32,000 nucleotides of DNA from NCBI GenBank assembly GCA_016196885.1, contig JACPWU010000002.1, forward strand, positions 60,001 to 92,000, read 5' to 3'. The position numbers and the translations under genes are program-made. Shown here piece after piece: positions 23,580 through 31,445 of this stretch. The DNA comes from Chlamydiota bacterium (GTDB taxonomy: Bacteria; Auribacterota; JACPWU01). How positions within the stretch are numbered: position 1 is the first letter of the stretch; each line of letters starts with the position of its first letter. The notes under the pieces were generated by a model. That model was not told the origin of the DNA, ran no database searches, and saw only the letters and a list, made by a program, of their open reading frames with translations.

Positions 23580-23630
23580 GGAGGGGGTTGTTTTTATTCT
23601 GAATTCTGGATTCCGACTTCTGAATTCTAA
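23547..23630. repeat. word hairpin WH7 (heptamer CAGAATN)
   Basis: CAGAATA CAGAATT CAGAATT CAGAATA forms the left arm. A perfect 14-bp stem pairs CAGAATTCAGAATA (23561-23574) with TATTCTGAATTCTG (23595-23608). The left arm encodes the last residues of CusC (QNTEFRIQNK). Confidence 0.85.
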
Positions 23631-23642
23631 AAAAGGATCTTT

Positions 23643-25196
23643 ATGAAAACACGTATCTTTATCATATTGATAGTAGTTTTAGGACTCACGTCTTTTCTTT
23701 TGATTTATCGCCATTCTGTTTCTGGTAGGAAGCAGGATTCTTCTGAGAAAGTAGAGAGTGCGACGTATTACTGTCCCATGCATCCGACCTACACGAGTGA
23801 TCGGCCGGGGAACTGTCCGATTTGCAACATGACATTGGAGAAGAGAGAAGAAGTTCAGCCGTCTCCCTCGCAGTCTTTGAATTCAAAAGATATTTGCTTC
23901 ATGCACAATTGTCCCATGATGAAAGAGGGGGAAACATGCCCCATGATGGTGGTGGCGAAAGTTGGGGAGAAGGTTACCTGTCCTGTGTGTGGGTCTCATG
24001 TTGCACAGGAATCAAAGCAGGGCCCAGAAAAGAAAATTCTTTATTGGACGGATCCGATGATGCCGGATTTTCGTTCGGATAAACCCGGCAAGTCGCCTAT
24101 GGGCATGGACTGGGTCCCTGTTTATGAAGAAGAGGCAGTTGCTGGAGGGGATCATGCGGCTTCTCCATCAGGATATACCCCCATTCTGGTAAGTCCTCAA
24201 AAGATACAGTTGATTGGCGTTAAGACTGTTCTTGCCAAGAAGCAAAATTTAACAAAGCAAATTCGTACGGTAGGGCGAGTGACAGTGGATGAAACCCGCA
24301 TCGTTCGTGTTCATCCCAAAGTAGAGGGTTGGGTTGAGGAGATTTTTGCGAAGTATGAAGGGGATCGGGTGAATAAAGGTCAGCCGCTTTTTTCATTTTA
24401 CAGCCCTGATTTTGTCTCTGCCCAGGAAGAATATCTTTCGGCTTTGAAAATGCAAAGTGGGCTTCCCTCGGATGTGTCTAGCGATGCCCGAAGAGATGCC
24501 CAGGCCAATGTGGATTCTGCACAGAAGCGTCTTCAATGGTGGGATGTGACGGATGAACAAATTGAGGAGTTGAGAAAGCGTCAAGCCCCTCAAAAGACGC
24601 TTGTTTTGACGTCTCCTATCGATGGAGTCATTCTCAAGAAAAATGTTTTTGCGGGCCAGTTTATGGAAAGAGGTGCAGGCTTTTTTGAATTGGCGGATCT
24701 TTCGAGCGTGTGGGTGGATGCAGATTTATATGAGTATGATTTGCCTTGGGTCAAGGTGGGAGAAGAGGGGCGTGTCACATTGCCCAATGATTCCAAGAAT
24801 GAATGGAGCGGAAAGGTGATTTATGTGGCCCCTCTCTTAAAGGCGGAAACGCGAACCGCCGTGGCTCGTTTGGAGTTGTCGAATGCGGACAACGTTCTAA
24901 AGCCCGAGATGTACGTGACAGTCGAAATCTCTATTGATTTGGGAGAGCGGCTTGTTGTACCTGCGGAGGCTCTCTTGGATACGGGAGAGCGTAAAATTGT
25001 TTTTGTCAGCAAGGAGAATGGAATTTTTGAACCTCGAGAGGTGGTGATGGGGGCAAAGACGAATAAATCCGTCGAGATTGAAAAAGGGATTGATGAAGGG
25101 GAAGTCGTGGTGATCAATGGAAATTTTCTCATTGATTCTGAGAGCAGGTTGAAAGCGGCGATGGAGGGGATGGGAAGTGGAGAACATCAACATTGA
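23643..25196 (+). CDS. cusB: RND efflux periplasmic adaptor (CusB-like) with N-terminal HMBD and Met/Cys-rich extension
   Basis: YYCPMHPTYTSDRPGNCPICNMTLE (heavy-metal-binding-domain motif), CFMHNCPMMKEGETCPMM...CPVCG, the CusB-type LYWTDPMMPDFRSDKPGKSPMGMDWVPV, and then HlyD-like barrel-sandwich and beta-barrel regions. Confidence 0.9.
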   Translation: MKTRIFIILIVVLGLTSFLLIYRHSVSGRKQDSSEKVESATYYCPMHPTYTSDRPGNCPICNMTLEKREEVQPSPSQSLNSKDICFMHNCPMMKEGETCPMMVVAKVGEKVTCPVCGSHVAQESKQGPEKKILYWTDPMMPDFRSDKPGKSPMGMDWVPVYEEEAVAGGDHAASPSGYTPILVSPQKIQLIGVKTVLAKKQNLTKQIRTVGRVTVDETRIVRVHPKVEGWVEEIFAKYEGDRVNKGQPLFSFYSPDFVSAQEEYLSALKMQSGLPSDVSSDARRDAQANVDSAQKRLQWWDVTDEQIEELRKRQAPQKTLVLTSPIDGVILKKNVFAGQFMERGAGFFELADLSSVWVDADLYEYDLPWVKVGEEGRVTLPNDSKNEWSGKVIYVAPLLKAETRTAVARLELSNADNVLKPEMYVTVEISIDLGERLVVPAEALLDTGERKIVFVSKENGIFEPREVVMGAKTNKSVEIEKGIDEGEVVVINGNFLIDSESRLKAAMEGMGSGEHQH

Positions 25197-25295
25197 CTTC
25201 GCGTACTTCGTACATCGTACGTCGTACCTAGAACATCGAACATCGTTTCTTGCGTAGATTGTTTTACGAAGTCCGATGTCCGAAGTACGAAGTAC
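25197..25295. repeat. word hairpin WH8 (heptamers CTTCGTA / CGAAGTA)
   Basis: The left arm CTTCGCGTACTTCGTACATCGTACGTCGTACC (25197-25228) is imperfectly complementary to the right arm TACGAAGTCCGATGTCCGAAGTACGAAGTAC (25265-25295). Confidence 0.85.
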
Positions 25296-25308
25296 CAGGG
25301 TTAAGCTC

Positions 25309-28300
25309 ATGAATGAATACAAAAAAGAAGGTTTCATCGAGAGACTGATCGAATTTTCTGCTCGTAATAAATTTCTTATTCTTGCCCTTATTCTTGCGGC
25401 GGCAATCGGGGCGGGTTATACCCTTAAAAATATTCCTTTGGATGCGATTCCGGATCTTTCGGATACCCAGGTGATTGTTTACTCTCGCTGGGATCAGAGC
25501 CCCGATATTATTGAAGATCAAGTGACCTATCCCATTGTCACGGCTCTTTTGGGTGCACCCAATGTCAAGGCCATTCGGGGGTTCTCTGATTTTGGATTTT
25601 CTTATGTCTATGTGATTTTTAAAGATGGAACGGATATTTATTGGGCCCGGAGCCGGGTTCTCGAATACTTAAGCAAAATTACTGCGAAACTTCCTGAGGG
25701 AGTGAAGACCGAGTTGGGTCCGGATGCGACAGGGGTGGGATGGGTGTTTCAATATGCCTTGGTGGATACTTCTGGGAAACACGATCTCCAGGAGTTGAGG
25801 TCGTTTCAGGACTGGTATCTTAGGTACCATCTTCAAAGTGTGCAGGGAGTTTCTGAAGTGGCGTCCCTGGGGGGATTTGTGAAGCAATATCAGATCACCC
25901 TTGATCCCAATAAGCTTTTGGCCTATCACATTCCCATTTCGAAGGTCGTGGAGGCCATCCGCAGTGGAAATCAAGAAGTGGGCGGGCGGCTTCTTGAATT
26001 TTCCGGGGCAGAGTATATGGTGAGGAGCCGCGGATATGCGAAGTCTATAGAGGATCTTGAAAAAATTGTAGTGGGGGTTGACTCAAAAGGAACGCCCATT
26101 TTGGTGAAGCATGTTGCGAATGTGGCCATGGGGCCGGAGATTCGAAGAGGGCTGGCGGATTTAGATGGAGAAGGGGACGTAGTAACGGGGACTGTGATTA
26201 TGAGGTATGGGGAAAATGCCTTAAGGGTGATTGATCGGGTGAAGGGAAAATTAAAAGAGATGGAGTCTTCTTTTCCGTCAGGGGTCACCTGGAAAGTGAC
26301 TTATGACCGTTCAGAGCTGATTAAGAAATCCATAGAGACTTTGAAACATCAGTTGATTGAAGAAATGGTCATTGTCAGTTTTGTGATCATGATTTTTTTG
26401 TGGCATTTTCCCTCTAGTTTTATTCCGATTGTGACAATCCCCGTGGCCGTGTTTCTTTCTTTTATTCCCTTTGTGGGGCTTAAATTAACTTCAAACATTA
26501 TGTCGCTTTCAGGCATTGCGATTTCAATAGGAGTTCTCGTAGATGGGGCGATTGTGGAATTAGAAAATGCCTATAAGCGTTTGGAACAATGGAATGAGGG
26601 AGGAAGACAGGGGAGTTTTCATGCCATTCTTCTCAAGGCGATGAAAGAAGTGGGGCCTTCCGTTTTCTTTTCTCTTTTGGTGATTGCCGTTTCCTTCATG
26701 CCCATTTTTACATTGGTCGATCAGGAGGGGCGTTTGTTCAAGCCCTTGGCCTGGGCAAAAAATTTAGCGATGGTGACGGCTGCGATTTTGGCGGTGACTT
26801 TGGATCCTGCCCTCAGAATGCTTTTCACGCGAATGGATCCTTTTAAATTTAAACCGCTCTTTATTTCAAAGTTTTTTTCTACACTCTTGGTAGGAAAATA
26901 TTATTCAGAAGAGAAACATCCGGTGAGCCGCGTTCTTTTTAAAATTTATGAGCCGGTTTGTCGTTTTGTTTTAAGGCATCGAAAGGCTACGATTCTTGCC
27001 GCCACGTTGTGGGTGGCGACGACCGTTCCCGTTTATTTCAAATTGGGCGCTGAATTTATGCCCCCTCTTTGGGAAGGGGATCTTCTTTACATGCCAACGA
27101 CATTGCCCGGGATCTCTGTCACGGGGGCGCAAGACCTTTTACAAAAGCAGGATCAAATTCTTAAGAGTTTTCCGGAAGTCGAGCGGGTGTTTGGAAAATC
27201 GGGGCGCATTGAAAGTTCGACGGATCCGGCCCCCTTTTCCATGGGAGAAACCGTGGTCATGCTGAAGCCAGAAAGGGAGTGGAGAAACGTGAAGCGATGG
27301 TATTCGGATATCATCCCAGAATTTTTGCAAAGGCCTTTTCGTGCCATCTGGCCGGACCGGATTTCGAAGGAAGATTTAATTAATGAAATGGACAAGGCCT
27401 TGAAAATTCCTGGAACGACCAACGCATGGACCATGCCGATCAAAAACAGAATTGATATGTTGAGTACAGGCGTCAGAACTCCTATTGGGATTAAAATTTT
27501 GGGGGCTGATATTAAACAGATTGAAGAAATCGGGACGAATCTGGAAATGATTTTGAAAGATATTCACGGAACACGCAGTATTTATGCGGAGCGGGTGGCA
27601 GGCGGTTATTTCCTGGACTTTGATTTAAAGCGAGAAGAATTGGCCCGGTACGGTTTGTCTGTCGCAGATGTTCAAATGGTGATGATGTCTGCCATTGGCG
27701 GAGAACCCATCACGACGACGGTTGAAGGGCGAGAACGCTATACGGTGAATGTTCGTTATTCTCGTGAATTGAGGGATGATGTTGAAAAACTGAAACGGGT
27801 TTTGATTCCGACCCCTGCGGGGCCCCAAATCCCTCTGGCTCAACTTGCAGACATTCACAGAACCTCGGGTCCTGCCATGATTCGAAATGAGAATGGTCTT
27901 TTGGCTGGATATGTTTTTGTGGACATGACGGCGAGAGACATTGGAGGCTATGTGAGTGAGGCCAAACAAATTGTTTCTCAAAAACTTAAACTTCCTGAAG
28001 GGTATGGTCTGATTTGGAGCGGGCAATTTGAAAACATGTTGCGGGTGAGGAAACGGTTGAAGGTAGTGATTCCCCTGACTCTCTTTATTATTTCTCTTTT
28101 GCTTTACATGAATACAAAATCTGCGGTGAAGACAGGGATTGTTTTGCTCGCAGTCCCTTTTTCATTGATCGGGGCGGTGTGGCTGCTCTGGATTTTAGGA
28201 TATAATATTTCCATTGCGGTTTGGGTGGGGATGATTGCCCTCATGGGACTGGATGCGGAGACGGGCGTTTTCATGCTTCTTTTTTTGGATCTCTCGTATC

Positions 28301-28602
28301 AGGATGCTTTGGTGCGAGGACAGATGAATACAGAAAAGGATTTAGAGGAAGCAGTTGTTCAGGGGGCCGTGAAGCGGGTGCGTCCCAAAATGATGACGGT
28401 GATGGCTGCTTTTGTGGGGCTTCTTCCAATTATGTGGGCGACGGGAGCAGGCGCCGATGTGATGAAGCGAATCGCGGCTCCGATGGTGGGAGGGCTTGCG
28501 ACTTCATTTATGCTGGAGCTTTTGGTTTATCCAGCGATTTATGCGATGTGGAAATGGCATTTTGAAATGGACATGGGTAAAAATATGACTGCTGAAAAAT
28601 AA
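25309..28602 (+). CDS. cusA: heavy-metal efflux RND pump, CusA type (Cu(I)/Ag(I))
   Basis: About 1097 aa with 12-TM RND architecture. The three CusA methionine-triad contexts are present (LLYMPTTLPG, APFSMGET, RIDMLSTG). ATG 25309 (MNEYKKEGFIERLIEFS) is preferred, because track start 25276 lies inside WH8. Confidence 0.95.
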   Translation: MNEYKKEGFIERLIEFSARNKFLILALILAAAIGAGYTLKNIPLDAIPDLSDTQVIVYSRWDQSPDIIEDQVTYPIVTALLGAPNVKAIRGFSDFGFSYVYVIFKDGTDIYWARSRVLEYLSKITAKLPEGVKTELGPDATGVGWVFQYALVDTSGKHDLQELRSFQDWYLRYHLQSVQGVSEVASLGGFVKQYQITLDPNKLLAYHIPISKVVEAIRSGNQEVGGRLLEFSGAEYMVRSRGYAKSIEDLEKIVVGVDSKGTPILVKHVANVAMGPEIRRGLADLDGEGDVVTGTVIMRYGENALRVIDRVKGKLKEMESSFPSGVTWKVTYDRSELIKKSIETLKHQLIEEMVIVSFVIMIFLWHFPSSFIPIVTIPVAVFLSFIPFVGLKLTSNIMSLSGIAISIGVLVDGAIVELENAYKRLEQWNEGGRQGSFHAILLKAMKEVGPSVFFSLLVIAVSFMPIFTLVDQEGRLFKPLAWAKNLAMVTAAILAVTLDPALRMLFTRMDPFKFKPLFISKFFSTLLVGKYYSEEKHPVSRVLFKIYEPVCRFVLRHRKATILAATLWVATTVPVYFKLGAEFMPPLWEGDLLYMPTTLPGISVTGAQDLLQKQDQILKSFPEVERVFGKSGRIESSTDPAPFSMGETVVMLKPEREWRNVKRWYSDIIPEFLQRPFRAIWPDRISKEDLINEMDKALKIPGTTNAWTMPIKNRIDMLSTGVRTPIGIKILGADIKQIEEIGTNLEMILKDIHGTRSIYAERVAGGYFLDFDLKREELARYGLSVADVQMVMMSAIGGEPITTTVEGRERYTVNVRYSRELRDDVEKLKRVLIPTPAGPQIPLAQLADIHRTSGPAMIRNENGLLAGYVFVDMTARDIGGYVSEAKQIVSQKLKLPEGYGLIWSGQFENMLRVRKRLKVVIPLTLFIISLLLYMNTKSAVKTGIVLLAVPFSLIGAVWLLWILGYNISIAVWVGMIALMGLDAETGVFMLLFLDLSYQDALVRGQMNTEKDLEEAVVQGAVKRVRPKMMTVMAAFVGLLPIMWATGAGADVMKRIAAPMVGGLATSFMLELLVYPAIYAMWKWHFEMDMGKNMTAEK

Positions 28603-28651
28603 TAGTAATTATTGCTTTGTTGGCTTATGATGTCTGAAGGAAGGACTGTTT

Positions 28652-29047
28652 ATGAAAGCACTGATGATGGCCTTTTTTTATTTCATGGCTTCCATGACTT
28701 GTTCTTGGAGCCTGATGCAGGAATGTTGTTCCGGGAAAGTCCATCCTCGGGTTTGCGTTGAAAATCATCACTCCCATCGTGCTGATAAAGAAAACTCAAA
28801 ACATCATAGACATTCACAAACCAACAAGACTTGCTGTAGTCAACTGATAACCCCCCTTGTCGATTCTTTCAGACTCTTGCAGAAAAGTTTTTTGACGGAT
28901 TTTCAAGTGTGGATCAGAAATTTTCATCAGGGTTGTTTTGAATGGCAAAAATATTTTTCGATTTTTTATCGAGGGCCTCCATTTTCTATTCGTGGAAGGC
29001 CTCTTTATATCGTTCTTTTCTTTATCCATGCACCTCCCCATCCCTAG
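28652..29047 (+). CDS. Cys/His-rich small exported protein, paralogue of 21824..22219
   Basis: Hydrophobic N-terminus, then CC...NHHSHRADKENSKHHRH...CC, and an aromatic-rich C-terminal half ending ...APP... An SD-like GGAAGGA lies upstream. Confidence 0.5.
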   Translation: MKALMMAFFYFMASMTCSWSLMQECCSGKVHPRVCVENHHSHRADKENSKHHRHSQTNKTCCSQLITPLVDSFRLLQKSFLTDFQVWIRNFHQGCFEWQKYFSIFYRGPPFSIRGRPLYIVLFFIHAPPHP

Positions 29048-29143
29048 GCGATAAGGTGGCGTCTTTTTCTTCTCGTACGCGCAACCTTTCTATGTCTTGT
29101 CCCATTCTTATTTTTAAACGCAAATCAACTATAAGGAGGAGAT

Positions 29144-29416
29144 ATGAAAAAGTTGTTTGGATTTTTAGGGATTGTTTTTGTGGCTCTGGCCTTTAATGTT
29201 TTTGTTCAGGCGCATGAAGGACAGGAACATGGAGGAGGAACACAGACAGAGAGTTCTTCGGTATCTCAGGAAGATAATCAAGAATCAAGCACGGCCAGTG
29301 TTACCTACACTTGTCCGATGCATCCTGATGTGAGCGAGAAAGAGCCTGGAAAATGTCCTATCTGTGGCATGAATTTGGAGGAGAAAAAGCTTCCATCTGA
29401 GGCCAAGAAGGAATAA
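29144..29416 (+). CDS. secreted stand-alone heavy-metal-binding-domain (HMBD) protein
   Basis: Strong RBS AAGGAGG, signal peptide MKKLFGFLGIVFVALAFNVFVQA, and a His-rich HEGQEHGG segment. The motif YTCPMHPDVSEKEPGKCPICGMNLEE matches the CusB N-terminal motif. Confidence 0.8.
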   Translation: MKKLFGFLGIVFVALAFNVFVQAHEGQEHGGGTQTESSSVSQEDNQESSTASVTYTCPMHPDVSEKEPGKCPICGMNLEEKKLPSEAKKE

Positions 29417-29530
29417 GAAGCAAGAGAATCGTCTGTGTAAAAATATGATTTTGCTGAAAACTTATTGAGGCTGTCATCACATTCGCTTCGCTATTTTCAA
29501 AGGTCTCAATATCTAACAAAGGAGAGAAAG

Positions 29531-29899
29531 ATGAAAAAGATCGTGTTTGCAGTTCTTATGTCAGTGATAGGTTTATCAGCTTTTGCCCATGAAGAAGGTG
29601 AGGCGAAGGACGATAGCATTAAGGGTGAAGTGATGGATTTGGCGTGTTACGCGAGTCATCCGGATACAGGCAAAGGCGAAAGTCATGCAAAATGTGCCAT
29701 GCAATGTATGGAAAAGGGTTTGCCTGTAGGAGTTCTAACCTCAGATGGAGTTCTTTACATCGCTTTAGGCTCTGAGCATGTCTCTGCCAATAAGAAACTG
29801 GTCCCTTATGCCGGAAAAATTGTCACCGTCGAAGGGCATGTTTATGAGATGAATAACGTCAAGTTCATTGAAGTCGAGGAAGTTGAAGCAGGAGCGTAA
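29531..29899 (+). CDS. small periplasmic protein with conserved Cys/His cluster (function unknown)
   Basis: RBS AAGGAGAG precedes ATG 29531, followed by signal peptide MKKIVFAVLMSVIGLSAFA. The motif is DLACYASHPDTGKGESHAKCAMQCMEKGLPVG. Track start 29465 is a TTG and is rejected. Confidence 0.6.
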   Translation: MKKIVFAVLMSVIGLSAFAHEEGEAKDDSIKGEVMDLACYASHPDTGKGESHAKCAMQCMEKGLPVGVLTSDGVLYIALGSEHVSANKKLVPYAGKIVTVEGHVYEMNNVKFIEVEEVEAGA

Positions 29900-29912
29900 G
29901 AAACCATTTACC

Positions 29913-29942
29913 GAGGTCCTGTTTTTCTTGAGACAGGGCCTC
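29913..29942 (+). terminator. stem-loop after the small periplasmic protein gene (no clear U-tract)
   Basis: GAGGTCCTGT (29913-29922) pairs with ACAGGGCCTC (29933-29942), with one G-U pair. Confidence 0.3.
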
Positions 29943-29978
29943 GTGTGAATGATTAAGAAACGTGAAAAGGGGGGAACG

Positions 29979-31445
29979 ATGCAAATTTTTTTTAAGAAGG
30001 TAACCCTTTTTATTTTTAATGTGGGAGCCTTCGTGATCTTAGGGTGTGGGTCCATTCCAAAGAATCAAGATTCTCGTGAAGTGAATCAAGTTTTGGAAGA
30101 GCGTCTGGGATATTCTCGGCAGAGTGATGAGAAAAAGGCCGAGAATGAAATTGAAAAAAGAGTACAGGTTCTTTTTAATGAAAAATTAACTTCTGACTCA
30201 GCTGTTCAAATAGCACTTCTTAAAAATCCTTCGATTCAATCCGCTTTTGAAGATTTGGGGATTGCTCGAGCGGATTGGGTTCAAGCGGGTTTGCTTAAAA
30301 ATCCCATTTTTTCAGGGCATGCCCGTTTTCCTGAGGGAGGAGAGGGGGATACCAATGTCGAATGTGCAATTGGGACGGATCTTTTGGATGTTCTTTTTCT
30401 TCCCTTGCGCAAAAAGCTGGCCTCCTCTCAATTTGAGAAAGTAAAACTTCGTGTAAGTCATGAGATTATGGATGTGATCGCTGACGTAAAAACGCACTTT
30501 TATACCCTTCAGTTCACCATGCAAATTTGGACGATGAGGCAAATGGCTTTGAAGGCTGCCGAAATTTCTATGGAGTTTGCCTCTCGGCAGCATGAGGCTG
30601 GGAATATCAGTTCTCTGGACTGGGTGAATGAAAAAGTTGTTTATGAGCAAGCAGAGCTAGATCTCATTCATAGCGAGGCAGATGTTGAAGTGGCTCGAGA
30701 GAAGTTGATCCCCCTGCTAGGTTTGTCAGGAAAAGGGGAGATGAGCTTGCAAATAGAAAATCACTTGCCAGAACTTCCATCCAGCGACCCCTCTTTGGAG
30801 GAGCTTGAAGAGCGGGCACTTGCGCAGCGTTTGGATTTAGCTGCTGCAAGGAAGGAAATAGAGATTTTGCACAGATCATTGTCACTCACTCAAGTTGGGG
30901 TTATTCCCTCTGTGAATGTTGCGGCCAATACAGAAAAGGATTCAGATGGAACACGTGTGACAGGACCGATGTGGGAGTTGGAACTGCCTCTTTTTGATCA
31001 GAAGCAACCTGCCATCGCTCGGGTGAAGAATCAAATACGCAAGAGTCAATATGAACTTGCTGCAAAGGAAAACGAGATCCGTTCAGAGGTGAGAATTTTA
31101 AAAGGGAAAATGTTAACCGCGCGAAAAATAGTAGAAATCTATCGAGACAAAATGATTCCCCTTCGAGGTCAAGTCATCGTTCTTACACAGCAAAATTACA
31201 ATTATATGTTGATGGGGGTGTATCAACTTCTCCAGGCAAAACAAAATGAGATCTCTTCCCAGCGCGAGGGAATAGAGGCGCTCGGAGATTATTGGATTGC
31301 CCGGGTAGATTTAGAACAGGCCCTCGGGGGACGAGTTCCAGAAGCGGTGTCTGAAAAAAACTCAACGGTGTTGCCCATTCAACAAATAGAGGTCGAGCAA
31401 CCCTTGCAGAGTGAAATGCATCATCACCACGGAGGTGAGTCATGA
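29979..31445 (+). CDS. TolC-family outer membrane efflux lipoprotein (second copy) with His-rich C-terminus
   Basis: Lipobox FVILGCGS and OEP repeats. The C-terminal tail is SEMHHHHGGES. The RBS-like AAGGGGGG precedes ATG 29979, and the stop overlaps the next ATG (ATGA). Confidence 0.85.
   Translation: MQIFFKKVTLFIFNVGAFVILGCGSIPKNQDSREVNQVLEERLGYSRQSDEKKAENEIEKRVQVLFNEKLTSDSAVQIALLKNPSIQSAFEDLGIARADWVQAGLLKNPIFSGHARFPEGGEGDTNVECAIGTDLLDVLFLPLRKKLASSQFEKVKLRVSHEIMDVIADVKTHFYTLQFTMQIWTMRQMALKAAEISMEFASRQHEAGNISSLDWVNEKVVYEQAELDLIHSEADVEVAREKLIPLLGLSGKGEMSLQIENHLPELPSSDPSLEELEERALAQRLDLAAARKEIEILHRSLSLTQVGVIPSVNVAANTEKDSDGTRVTGPMWELELPLFDQKQPAIARVKNQIRKSQYELAAKENEIRSEVRILKGKMLTARKIVEIYRDKMIPLRGQVIVLTQQNYNYMLMGVYQLLQAKQNEISSQREGIEALGDYWIARVDLEQALGGRVPEAVSEKNSTVLPIQQIEVEQPLQSEMHHHHGGES

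Noticed and set aside
14699-25295. Tandem 7-8-nt repeat arrays as CRISPR arrays or as contingency (phase-variation) loci inside genes.
   Set aside because: The period is far too short for CRISPR, there are no spacers, and there are no cas genes. The arrays are intergenic and paired as inverted arms, so they are hairpin-forming elements rather than CRISPR. Only WH3 touches a start region, and that case is kept as a low-interest finding.
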